This document shows, piece after piece, positions 57,232-64,000 of a DNA stretch of 64,000 bases. The position numbers and the translations under genes are program-made. Location: the IMG/VR virus record IMGVR_UViG_3300032050_000069; one strand, 5' to 3'. The DNA comes from a virus (taxonomy: Duplodnaviria; Heunggongvirae; Uroviricota; Caudoviricetes). Under the pieces are notes generated by a model, which saw only the letters and a list, made by a program, of their open reading frames with translations, made no database searches and had not been told where the DNA came from. Each line of letters begins with the position of its first letter. The first letter of the stretch is position 1.

Positions 57232-57239
57232 CAATTTAT

Positions 57240-57321
57240 GCCTGTATCGCATAGTGGCAATTGCTGGAGACTGTAAATCTCCTCTCTTCGGAGTTCGGTG
57301 GTTCGAGTCCATCTGCAGGCA
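57240..57321 (+). tRNA. tRNA-Tyr (anticodon GTA), type II
   Basis: Acceptor gcctgta/tgcaggc, anticodon stem ggaga/tctcc loop ctGTAaa, long variable arm ctc-ttcg-gag, T ggtgg-ttcgagt-ccatc. Confidence 0.65.
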
Positions 57322-57326
57322 CAATT

Positions 57327-57399
57327 GGAGCTTTCGTATAGCTGGTGCGTACGTCCGCCTGAAGAGCGGAAGGATGCGGTTCGATTCCTCAAGGCTCCA
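57327..57399 (+). tRNA. tRNA-Phe (anticodon GAA)
   Basis: Acceptor ggagctt/aggctcc, anticodon stem tccgc/gcgga loop ctGAAga, T-loop ttcgatt. Confidence 0.65.
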
Positions 57400-57406
57400 C
57401 ACAATG

Positions 57407-57481
57407 AACTCGTAGCTCAGTTGGTTAGAGCTTCTCACTTTTAATGAGAAAGTCAATGGTTCGAGTCCATTCGGGTTCACA
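57407..57481 (+). tRNA. tRNA-Lys (anticodon TTT)
   Basis: Acceptor gaactcg/cgggttc, D tagctcagttggttagagc, anticodon stem tctca/tgaga loop ctTTTaa, T aatgg-ttcgagt-ccatt. Confidence 0.7.
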
Positions 57482-57539
57482 AAATAGTTTACTTCGGCAA
57501 CGTTCTATACAAAAATCGGAGCCGGCCATATAGATGTAG

Positions 57540-57615
57540 AGGAGGCAGGTTTATCTCGCCACTTTTGGGAAGTGGAACACGTTGGTTCGAATCCAACCAT
57601 CTATACAAAATTGGA
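57540..57615 (+). tRNA. tRNA-Pro (anticodon TGG)
   Basis: Acceptor atagatg/catctat, anticodon stem ccact/agtgg loop ttTGGga, T gttgg-ttcgaat-ccaac. Enlarged D-loop. Confidence 0.55.
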
Positions 57616-57621
57616 ATATAA

Positions 57622-57695
57622 CTCAATTGGTTAGAGTGTCATCCTGATACGGTGAAAGTTGAAAGTTCGAGTCTTTCTATTCCAACAAATAAGGT
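57622..57695 (+). tRNA. tRNA-Ile (anticodon GAT)
   Basis: Acceptor tggaata/tattcca, anticodon stem tcatc/ggtga loop ctGATac, T gaaag-ttcgagt-ctttc. Confidence 0.65.
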
Positions 57696-57776
57696 AATCG
57701 TTCCCAGAGTTGGTGTGGCCACATCCGGACTCAAAAAAAGTAAAGTTACAGATGGATGCGTAACGCCTTATTAACT

Positions 57777-57848
57777 ATCTCCTTGGTGCAATGGCTAGCA
57801 TACCGGTCTCCAAAACCGTTGATAAAAGTTCGAATCTTTTAGGGGGTG
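57777..57848 (+). tRNA. tRNA-Trp (anticodon CCA)
   Basis: Acceptor atctcct/agggggt (two G-U), D gtgc-aatggcta-gcat, anticodon loop ctCCAaa, T aaaag-ttcgaat-ctttt. Confidence 0.55.
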
Positions 57849-58051
57849 CTAAATGAATAAAACTATGAAAATAAACTTTGATTTAAAAAACAATTATCCA
57901 AGTATAGAATTTTGCTACAACAATAAATGTGTTATTATAAGGTATTGGGGTGGATTAAAATTTGATAAAGTTGTTATTTACGGCGGTGAATAATATAAAT
58001 GTAAAACTATGAAACAATTATTTGACAAGCATTAGTTAAACCTAATGCAAA

Positions 58052-58243
58052 ATGAAAGAAGAAAGAGTAAAACAAATGAATCAAATCTACAACTATTGTA
58101 TGATTTGTAACAAACGAAATGGAAGTTGGTATTATGATTGTCATCCATCATCGTTCAGAGCAAAAAGACATGGTAGTGGTAAGGTTGTAAGAGTAAGAGA
58201 GTGTAGAAGTTGGAAACACAGCCGAAAGACTCAATGGAAATAA
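58052..58243 (+). CDS. small basic Cys/His-rich protein (possible Zn ribbon) embedded in the tRNA array
   Basis: 63 aa. CMICNKRNGSWYYDCH ... CRSWKH. Confidence 0.3.
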   Translation: MKEERVKQMNQIYNYCMICNKRNGSWYYDCHPSSFRAKRHGSGKVVRVRECRSWKHSRKTQWK

Positions 58244-58247
58244 CGAT

Positions 58248-58319
58248 GGCTCTTTGGTGTAACGGATAGCACACAACACTACGGATGTTGGAGTAAGGGT
58301 TCGAATCCTTTAGGGGCTA
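58248..58319 (+). tRNA. tRNA-Arg (anticodon ACG)
   Basis: Anticodon stem caaca/tgttg loop ctACGga, T aaggg-ttcgaat-ccttt, acceptor ggctctt/aggggct with G-U pairs. Confidence 0.6.
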
Positions 58320-58325
58320 CAATAG

Positions 58326-58396
58326 GGTGGATTGTCCGAGAGGCGAGGAGGTGGTCTGCAAAACCATTCACATTGGTTCAAATCCAATATCCACCT
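58326..58396 (+). tRNA. tRNA-Cys (anticodon GCA)
   Basis: Acceptor ggtggat/atccacc, anticodon stem gtggt/accat loop ctGCAaa, T attgg-ttcaaat-ccaat. Confidence 0.6.
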
Positions 58397-58401
58397 CAAA
58401 C

Positions 58402-58471
58402 TGCGTGGCTTAGTGGAAAAGAGTTATCTCTCATAAGGATGACCAATTGAGTTCAAACCTCAAACACGCAA
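58402..58471 (+). tRNA. tRNA-Met-like (anticodon CAT), atypical D-arm
   Basis: Acceptor tgcgtgg/acacgca (one mismatch), anticodon stem tatct/ggatg (two G-U) loop ctCATaa, T ttgag-ttcaaac-ctcaa. Could be elongator Met, initiator, or Ile2. Confidence 0.45.
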
Positions 58472-58479
58472 CTTAATAT

Positions 58480-58551
58480 GGTGTTTATTGTGTAAGGGTA
58501 GCACGACAGATTGTGGTTCTGTTAGTATGGGTTCGAATCCCATTATTCACC
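58480..58551 (+). tRNA. tRNA-His (anticodon GTG) with extra 5' G(-1)
   Basis: Anticodon stem acaga/tctgt loop ttGTGgt, T atggg-ttcgaat-cccat, discriminator C and an additional 5' G consistent with His identity. Acceptor has two T-T mismatches. Confidence 0.5.
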
Positions 58552-58616
58552 CCCAACCCCGAGTTCTGGAGCTGGTATCTCCTCTTACCCGAATTGAGAT
58601 TAAAAACTACCAAAAT

Positions 58617-58702
58617 AGAGAGTTACCCAAGTTGGTGAAGGGGCCTGTTTGCTAAACAGGTAGGATGTAAAAGTCGCAAGAGTTCGAACCTCTTACTCTC
58701 TA
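58617..58702 (+). tRNA. tRNA-Ser (anticodon GCT), type II
   Basis: Acceptor agagagt/actctct, anticodon stem cctgt/acagg loop ttGCTaa, about 17-nt variable arm, T aagag-ttcgaac-ctctt. Confidence 0.6.
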
Positions 58703-58710
58703 CTCAAAAT

Positions 58711-58785
58711 GCCCGTATGGCGGAATTGGCATACGCAATGGTCTTAGAAGCCATCCAATTGAAGGTTCGAATCCTTCTATGGGCA
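58711..58785 (+). tRNA. tRNA with anticodon TAG (Leu decoding) but type-I (short variable arm) architecture
   Basis: Acceptor gcccgta/tatgggc, anticodon stem atggt/gccat loop ctTAGaa, variable region only 6 nt, T gaagg-ttcgaat-ccttc. Confidence 0.5.
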
Positions 58786-58806
58786 CAAAACTAAAAAAGT
58801 AATAAT

Positions 58807-59262
58807 ATGGAATACAAACGGCTATACGATGGAGAAAAAGTTAGTTTGATTGATTATCTAAATGATTATCTTCAAACGAATAATGATGTAGATATACTTA
58901 TCGGATGTGATTCACAAAACTATGTTGATAAGACAATATATGCCATTGTAGTTGCCTTATATCATAGAGGTAAAGGTGCGCATGTTCTTTATAGAAGATG
59001 GAATACACAAAGAGAAAGAGTAAGGGCAACCAGATTATTAAATGAAGTTTGGTATGCTATTGAAGTTGCTGAAAGTATTAAAAATGCAGGATTACCGAAG
59101 GTTAAATGGATTGATATTGATTTGAATCCTGATCCTCGATATAAATCAAACGAAGTGTTCAGACAAGCAGTTGGTATGGTGGAAGGAATGGGGTATGCGG
59201 TTAGATATAAAACATTAGGCCCAATTGCTACATACGCTGCTGACCATATCGTAAAGGGTTAA
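58807..59262 (+). CDS. hypothetical protein
   Basis: 151-aa ORF between tRNA sub-clusters. Confidence 0.3.
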   Translation: MEYKRLYDGEKVSLIDYLNDYLQTNNDVDILIGCDSQNYVDKTIYAIVVALYHRGKGAHVLYRRWNTQRERVRATRLLNEVWYAIEVAESIKNAGLPKVKWIDIDLNPDPRYKSNEVFRQAVGMVEGMGYAVRYKTLGPIATYAADHIVKG

Positions 59263-59288
59263 ACTTTTTTTGGATATATCAGATATTT

Positions 59289-59300
59289 TTCGTATATTTG
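59289..59300 (+). promoter_or_regulatory. class-I promoter motif TTCGTATATTTG
   Basis: 6 nt upstream of ATG 59307 (possibly leaderless or near-leaderless). Confidence 0.45.
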
Positions 59301-59306
59301 TAAACG

Positions 59307-59729
59307 ATGAAGATAATCAATTGGGATAAGTTAAGGTATAAGTTTATTATATTAGCAGGTATGGATTTGGCTATTGATACAACATATACCACCGAAGATG
59401 AATTGGGTAAAACTACCTATTGCTTTACTATGTGTGATAGTGATTCGGTTGGGGAAACTTTTATAGAAGTGTTTCTTAAAGAAGGTGAGTTTGATGAATT
59501 TTTAATGAGTGTTAATTTACCTCAACAACAAATCACTCCGAATATAAAAAGAGTATTTAGAAGAAAAGACCTTTTAGATATAAATGAATTTATGAAACAA
59601 ATGGGAAGCGAATTAGTTAAAAATAGTATGGTAAATAGTTATTTAAATTTTTTAAGTGGTCTTAAACAAACTAAATTAAAAGCATCTAATAATACATTTG
59701 CATCCCATTCAATAAATTTACCATTTTAA
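59307..59729 (+). CDS. hypothetical protein
   Basis: 140-aa ORF. Confidence 0.3.
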   Translation: MKIINWDKLRYKFIILAGMDLAIDTTYTTEDELGKTTYCFTMCDSDSVGETFIEVFLKEGEFDEFLMSVNLPQQQITPNIKRVFRRKDLLDINEFMKQMGSELVKNSMVNSYLNFLSGLKQTKLKASNNTFASHSINLPF

Positions 59730-59730
59730 T

Positions 59731-59802
59731 GCTCGGTTGGACTAGGGGTTAGGTCACATCCCTTTCACGGATGTAGCACGGGTTCGAATCCCGTACCGAG
59801 TA
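59731..59802 (+). tRNA. tRNA-Glu (anticodon TTC)
   Basis: Acceptor gctcggt/accgagt, anticodon stem catcc/ggatg loop ctTTCac, T acggg-ttcgaat-cccgt. Confidence 0.65.
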
Positions 59803-59810
59803 CATAATAG

Positions 59811-59884
59811 GCCTCCGTAGCTCAGTTGGCCAGAGCTCCTGATTTGTAATCAGGTTGTCGTTGGTTCGAATCCGACCGGAGGCT
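59811..59884 (+). tRNA. tRNA-Thr (anticodon TGT)
   Basis: Acceptor gcctccg/cggaggc perfect, D gctc-agttggcca-gagc, anticodon stem cctga/tcagg loop ttTGTaa. Confidence 0.7.
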
Positions 59885-59889
59885 CAAAA

Positions 59890-59961
59890 GGTCTATTAGT
59901 GAAGTAGTTATCATATCACACTGTCACTGTGAAGTAAAGGGAGCGTAACCCTTATAGACCG
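59890..59961 (+). tRNA. tRNA-Asp-like (anticodon GTC) with non-canonical T-loop AGCGTAA
   Basis: Acceptor ggtctat/atagacc perfect, anticodon stem tcaca/tgtga loop ctGTCac. T-stem aaggg/ccctt but loop agcgtaa lacks the T54-Psi55-C56 consensus. Confidence 0.45.
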
Positions 59962-59965
59962 CAAT

Positions 59966-60039
<74 letters not shown>

Positions 60040-60053
60040 CAAACAAATAAAAT

Positions 60054-60509
60054 ATGAAAATAACAATTACGAAATTATTGATTTTGTTTATCATAACAAT
60101 TGCCTTTATTCCACATAATAATGAAGTGGTAAAAAGTGAAGAGCAAATTGTAGATGACATAATTGAAAGGAAAAGACCAGATTATCATTTGGTAACGGCG
60201 ACGACATATTCAATTACCGAAGAAGAAACTGATTCAACTCCATTAATTACCGCAAGTGGTTACAAATTGGATAGTATAAATCCAAAGAAACAAAAGGTAA
60301 TAGCAGTTAGTAGAGACCTTAAACGAAAGTTAAAATTTGGGGAAAAAGTAAGAATTAAAGGAGCAGGTAATTTAGATGGTATTTACTATGTAAGGGATTT
60401 GATGAATAAACGATTCCGAAATAAGATAGATATACTTATTAATCCTGATGAAGATGGGAATAAGTTTACGAAAGTAAAATTGTATGCTGTAAATAAAATT
60501 TTAAAATAG
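60054..60509 (+). CDS. secreted or membrane-anchored hypothetical protein
   Basis: Hydrophobic N-terminus LLILFIITIAFIP. 151 aa. Confidence 0.3.
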   Translation: MKITITKLLILFIITIAFIPHNNEVVKSEEQIVDDIIERKRPDYHLVTATTYSITEEETDSTPLITASGYKLDSINPKKQKVIAVSRDLKRKLKFGEKVRIKGAGNLDGIYYVRDLMNKRFRNKIDILINPDEDGNKFTKVKLYAVNKILK

Positions 60510-60529
60510 CTTGTTTTCTTTCAATCGTT

Positions 60530-60541
60530 TTCGTACATTTG
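60530..60541 (+). promoter_or_regulatory. class-I promoter motif variant TTCGTACATTTG
   Basis: 11 nt upstream of tRNA-Leu(TAA). Confidence 0.4.
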
Positions 60542-60552
60542 ATTTAAATAAT

Positions 60553-60636
60553 GCCGGAGTGTTGGAATGGTAGACAAGATTGACTTAAAATCAATTGAGC
60601 TGAAAGCTCGTGTGGGTTCGAGTCCCACCTCTGGTA
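60553..60636 (+). tRNA. tRNA-Leu (anticodon TAA), type II
   Basis: Acceptor gccggag/ctctggt, anticodon stem attga/tcaat loop ctTAAaa, variable arm gagc-tgaaa-gctc, T gtggg-ttcgagt-cccac. Confidence 0.65.
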
Positions 60637-60648
60637 CGTGAATTTTAA

Positions 60649-60722
60649 GGGGGATTAGCTCAGTTGGCTAGAGCGTTTGATTTGCATTCAAAAGGCCACA
60701 GGTTCGACTCCTGTATTCTCCA
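60649..60722 (+). tRNA. tRNA-Ala (anticodon TGC)
   Basis: Acceptor gggggat/attctcc (G-U pairs), anticodon stem tttga/tcaaa loop ttTGCat, T acagg-ttcgact-cctgt. Confidence 0.65.
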
Positions 60723-60737
60723 CCAAAATAAAACAAT

Positions 60738-60929
60738 ATGAAAAGATTTACAATTACAGGCGTAAGAACAATCGATGAGTATGTTACTTACACCGTTGAA
60801 GCAGAAACCGAAGATGATGCAATTGAATTGGTAGAGAGTGGTGAGATTGAAGATAATGGTGATTTCTGGCAAAAGGAAACATCAGGTGGTGAGGATTTCA
60901 CTATAACTGAAGTAGAAGATATTGATTAA
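60738..60929 (+). CDS. small acidic hypothetical protein
   Basis: 63-aa ORF, highly acidic C-terminus. Confidence 0.3.
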   Translation: MKRFTITGVRTIDEYVTYTVEAETEDDAIELVESGEIEDNGDFWQKETSGGEDFTITEVEDID

Positions 60930-60937
60930 AGATATAT

Positions 60938-61056
60938 GCCGGTGTGGCGGAATGAATGGGTTTGAATTCGAATAGAAACCATTAGACGTCCTGAATTCTA
61001 GATAGGGGGTGTATCCGAAATGGACATCGTATAGGTAACCAATCCTTTCACCGGCA
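60938..61056 (+). ncRNA. unknown structured small RNA (about 119 nt) closed by a tRNA-like acceptor stem
   Basis: Perfect 7-bp closing stem gccggtg/caccggc followed by a discriminator-like A. Internal hairpin aatgGTTTgaattcgaatagAAACcatt. Long-range gacgtcc/ggacatc stem. No anticodon or T-arm could be folded. Confidence 0.35.
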
Positions 61057-61115
61057 CCTTTATTTATCGTTGAAAGAAAAGATAATTCATTTTATCATCA
61101 GATTAAACGATGTTA

Positions 61116-61189
61116 GGGCTTGTAGCTCATTCGGTTAGAGCAACGCACTCATAATGCGGAGGTAATAGGTTCGATTCCTATCTGGCCCA
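61116..61189 (+). tRNA. tRNA-Met (anticodon CAT), second copy (initiator or elongator or Ile2 unresolved)
   Basis: Acceptor gggcttg/ctggccc, D tagctcattcggttagagca, anticodon loop ctCATaa, T atagg-ttcgatt-cctat. Confidence 0.6.
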
Positions 61190-61203
61190 CCAAACAAACA
61201 AAA

Positions 61204-61275
61204 GCGGATGTCGTATAATGGTTATTACTCCATCCTTCCAAGTTGGAGACGTAGGTTCGATTCCTATCATCCGCT
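61204..61275 (+). tRNA. tRNA-Gly (anticodon TCC)
   Basis: Acceptor gcggatg/catccgc perfect, anticodon stem ccatc/gttgg (one T-T) loop ctTCCaa, T gtagg-ttcgatt-cctat. Confidence 0.55.
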
Positions 61276-61410
61276 CAAGTGGGCCATTGTGGATAGGCCA
61301 GAAGAAAAATAGATGTTTTTCGTTCACAGAAACTCAAGTACCCATACCGCTAACGATGGGCTAAGTAAGATACAATTCCGTACTGCGGGGAGTAGAATGC
61401 TTGAGATTAT
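61276..61410 (+). ncRNA. structured small RNA candidate between tRNA-Gly and tRNA-Gln
   Basis: GGCC-attgtggata-GGCC hairpin. Then a roughly 90-nt element closed by ctcaag/cttgag containing hairpins cccat-accgctaacg-atggg and tact-gcgggg-agta. Confidence 0.3.
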
Positions 61411-61481
61411 TGCCCGATGGTGTAGCGGTAGCACAAATGTTTTTGGTGCATTTAGGGTTGGTTCGAATCCAGCTCGGGTAA
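61411..61481 (+). tRNA. tRNA-Gln (anticodon TTG)
   Basis: Acceptor tgcccga/tcgggta (U1-A72 as in bacterial tRNA-Gln), D gtgt-agcggta-gcac, anticodon stem aatgt/gcatt loop ttTTGgt, T gttgg-ttcgaat-ccagc. Confidence 0.6.
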
Positions 61482-61555
61482 CATTTTTATAAACGATTGA
61501 TTTCCAATGGCTTATTTTCTCCCTTTTTCTTGGAAAATTCAACAATTTTTACTAT

Positions 61556-61569
61556 CTTTATTATGTAAT
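61556..61569 (+). promoter_or_regulatory. class-II upstream motif CTTTATTATGTAAT
   Basis: Preceded by TTCTTGGAAAATTC. 14 nt upstream of ATG 61583. Confidence 0.4.
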
Positions 61570-61582
61570 AAAAACAAAAGAT

Positions 61583-62209
61583 ATGAATAATTGGATTACC
61601 CCTAATGAAATTTTAAGTGAAATTAAGGAGATTGGTTCTTATGTAGGTCATTTAGATTCTCGAAGTGGAACTTTGGAATGGTATGATAAGGAAAGAGAAA
61701 TCTCCATTTACGCCACACCAAATTGGGAAACCGATGGTGAAGTTCCATTTGATGTGAATAGAGATGATGAGAATGGTTATCATCATATTTGTACTATTAA
61801 AATGGTAAAAGGTGAAAAATCTACACAACTTACCCATTACCTTAATGTTTTAATGATGGTTATGAATCATTATTCTGAATTTGGAAAATATGAGGTAACT
61901 GATGTGTATTCATTTAAAACTTTGAACCTACCTTCTTTTGGAAATGGTGTTGTTAATGAAACAATTAAAAATTCAAAAGGTATTACACAATCAATTTTAG
62001 ATTTTGTTGAAAAAAATGGAAATGCTAGTTTTACCAAAATGAATGAATTTTATAAGAAATCATTTGGTTCAAATAGCTTTGTTCATATTTTAAAATCTCT
62101 TCAAATACCATACAAAAATCGATTAACTAAAAGATACTTAATTAAAGTAGGTAGGAACTATGAAGTGAGATTGGCTAATCCTTCAAATTGGATTGTAAAA
62201 GAGTATTAA
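61583..62209 (+). CDS. hypothetical protein
   Basis: 208-aa ORF. Confidence 0.3.
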   Translation: MNNWITPNEILSEIKEIGSYVGHLDSRSGTLEWYDKEREISIYATPNWETDGEVPFDVNRDDENGYHHICTIKMVKGEKSTQLTHYLNVLMMVMNHYSEFGKYEVTDVYSFKTLNLPSFGNGVVNETIKNSKGITQSILDFVEKNGNASFTKMNEFYKKSFGSNSFVHILKSLQIPYKNRLTKRYLIKVGRNYEVRLANPSNWIVKEY

Positions 62210-62237
62210 AACATAAGATAAGTTTAAACTAAAAGTT

Positions 62238-62435
62238 ATGAAAAATTATCAAATTATATTAACTTCAATTCTTTCCATTTCGATTGGAGTTGCAATTCTA
62301 AATGGTTCAATCCCACAGCGTTATTTTGCCGGTGAGTTAAATGAATTAGGTTGTGCAGTAATCGCATTATCTATGGGAACATTATCTCTATTTGCATTAG
62401 ATTGGAAAGGATTAGTAAATTGGTTAGTAAAATAA
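62238..62435 (+). CDS. small membrane protein (2 TM)
   Basis: YQIILTSILSISIGVAILNG and GCAVIALSMGTLSLFALDW. Confidence 0.3.
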   Translation: MKNYQIILTSILSISIGVAILNGSIPQRYFAGELNELGCAVIALSMGTLSLFALDWKGLVNWLVK

Positions 62436-62438
62436 AAT

Positions 62439-63032
62439 ATGAAAGTAATTTTTTTAGACCACGATGGTGTGATATGTTTATCAACTGAATGGGGTAGTAG
62501 GCATAAAAAACAAAGAGAGTTTGGCCGTAAGATGAGCCAGGGTATTAAAGAGATGCCCGTTGAAATGCGGTTTGATAATTTTAACAAGAAAGCGGTTAAG
62601 ATACTAAATGAAATTTTAGAAGAAACTGATGCTGAAATTGTTATATCATCTGATTGGAAAAGATGGGCAAATGTTGAGGAGATGGGTGAGTATTATGAAT
62701 CAAAGGGAATCAAAAAGAAACCGATTGCCTTTACTCCTAATTTGGGTAATTGTACTTGGTATATTGATGCTTATCCAGCGGGATTCATTTGGAGTAGAGC
62801 TTGGGAATTGGAACAAACTAGAACTATTGAAATTAAACAATACCTAAACGATCATCCTGAAATTACACATTGGGTTTCAGTTGATGATTTGAGAATGGGG
62901 AAGAGTGGAATGGATTATTCAGTTCCATATGAGCATGAATGGGGGTTGGATAACTTTGTAGAAACACCGCGTAGCACCGAAGGTATTAAACAAACTGGAA
63001 TTAAAGAAAAGATACTAAACTTTTTAAAATGA
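62439..63032 (+). CDS. HAD-superfamily phosphatase
   Basis: MKVIFLDHDGVICL carries the DxDG(T/V) HAD motif I. Confidence 0.5.
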   Translation: MKVIFLDHDGVICLSTEWGSRHKKQREFGRKMSQGIKEMPVEMRFDNFNKKAVKILNEILEETDAEIVISSDWKRWANVEEMGEYYESKGIKKKPIAFTPNLGNCTWYIDAYPAGFIWSRAWELEQTRTIEIKQYLNDHPEITHWVSVDDLRMGKSGMDYSVPYEHEWGLDNFVETPRSTEGIKQTGIKEKILNFLK

Positions 63033-63682
63033 GAATAGCATTAAATAAAGGGCAAAGATTATGGTTTACAAGTGATACCCATTATAACCACGCTAATATA
63101 TGTAGTGCAACAACAAAATGGAAAGACCCGGTAACTTTAAGGGAATTCAAAACATTAGAACATATGAATTCACATTTAGTTGGGAACATTAATGAAGTTG
63201 TAAGACAAGATGATATATTAATCCATTTGGGCGATTGGAGTTTTGGTGGATTTGAACAAATACAAAAGTTTAGAGAACAAATTGTATGTAATAACATTCA
63301 TATCATTACAGGTAATCACGACCATCATATTGAAAACAATAGAGATAATTGTCAAACATTATTTAATTCGGTAAACAAATATGTTGAATTAAATGTGAAG
63401 TGGAATGTTGGAACTCCTCTAATGGGTGAACAAAACTTTGTATTAATGCACTTCCCAATTGCCAGTTGGAACAATATGGCAAGAGGGGCAATTCATTTGC
63501 ATGGGCATGTTCATTTCAATCCTAATTTGAGATTGCAAGTGGGTAAGATGATGGATGTTGGCTGTGATGGTAATATGTTATATCCTATTCAAATGCAAGA
63601 AGTATTGAGGATAATGGAGAACAGGCCGGTCAAATCTATATTCAATTTTGACCATCACGAGATTGTAGAAAATTATAAATAA
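63029..63682 (+). CDS. calcineurin-like metallophosphoesterase
   Basis: ILIHLGDWSFGG, ITGNHDHH, GHVHFN motifs. Confidence 0.6.
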   Translation: MRIALNKGQRLWFTSDTHYNHANICSATTKWKDPVTLREFKTLEHMNSHLVGNINEVVRQDDILIHLGDWSFGGFEQIQKFREQIVCNNIHIITGNHDHHIENNRDNCQTLFNSVNKYVELNVKWNVGTPLMGEQNFVLMHFPIASWNNMARGAIHLHGHVHFNPNLRLQVGKMMDVGCDGNMLYPIQMQEVLRIMENRPVKSIFNFDHHEIVENYK

Positions 63683-63687
63683 AAATT

Positions 63688-63945
63688 ATGAAAACAATTT
63701 ATAAATACACATTAGATTCACAGGATTGTACTTTACAATTACCTAAAGGTTCAGAACTTCTAACGGTGAAATTACAAAATCAAATGCCAACTCTTTGGGC
63801 TTTGGTAAATCCTAATACATCCGAATCGGAAGAAAGGCATATTTGTATTGTAGGTACTGGGTGGCAGGTTGAAGATAATATGAAATATATCACAACCTAT
63901 ATGGATGGATATTTTGTATGGCATGTATTTGAATTAATAAAATAA
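63688..63945 (+). CDS. hypothetical protein
   Basis: 85-aa ORF. Confidence 0.3.
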   Translation: MKTIYKYTLDSQDCTLQLPKGSELLTVKLQNQMPTLWALVNPNTSESEERHICIVGTGWQVEDNMKYITTYMDGYFVWHVFELIK

Positions 63946-63948
63946 ATT

Positions 63949-64000
63949 ATGATACCAAAAACATTAGTGTTATTAAGAGGATTACCAGGAAGTGGTAAAA
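63949..64000 (+). CDS. P-loop kinase, 5' fragment (polynucleotide-kinase-like), continues beyond window
   Basis: MIPKTLVLLRGLPGSGK Walker A at the window edge. Confidence 0.4.
   Translation, partial: MIPKTLVLLRGLPGSGK

Noticed and set aside
57140-57480. ORFs 57140..57415 (+), 57177..57404 (-), 57229..57480 (-)
   Set aside because: They run straight through tRNA-Val/Tyr/Phe/Lys genes. tRNA sequence is stop-poor, which produces spurious ORFs.

Overview
This 64-kb window is AT-rich (roughly 30-35% GC) and gene-dense. Essentially all plausible genes are on the + strand with tiny or overlapping junctions, and the minus-strand ORFs look like shadows. It reads as a large virulent phage, probably of a Bacteroidota (Flavobacteriia) host. 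The supporting content is: a PG-binding + GH19 endolysin with a holin candidate; dUTPase, metallophosphoesterases, a HAD phosphatase and P-loop kinases; an array of at least 23 tRNA genes with small stable-RNA-like elements; and two recurring upstream motif classes, one matching the Bacteroidota sigma-A type (TTG ... TAnnTTTG, seen as ...TTCGTATATTTG). Several features are not normal phage fare: (1) two paralogous radical-SAM enzymes with a 2OG-oxygenase-like protein, a ferredoxin, a nucleotidyltransferase and a phage-borne IscU/IscA pair; (2) a putative glycan/modification cluster with six SGNH/GDSL-like paralogs, two GT10-like paralogs, a PfkB kinase and a GT2; (3) a MoxR-type AAA+ ATPase with a VWA partner (CobS/CobT-like); (4) a TonB-dependent-receptor-like protein, beta-barrel-like secreted proteins, T9SS-CTD-like lipoproteins, and C-type-lectin, dockerin-like and cohesin-like proteins; (5) a tandem array of paralogs sharing the N-terminus MI(R/K)LKDIL; (6) a ~1.2-kb GC-enriched, highly structured non-coding region upstream of the tRNA array, preceded by four repeated promoter cassettes driving small RNAs. 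All protein calls rest on motifs I read by eye, not on database searches. tRNA coordinates are hand-folded and accurate to about +/-2 nt.
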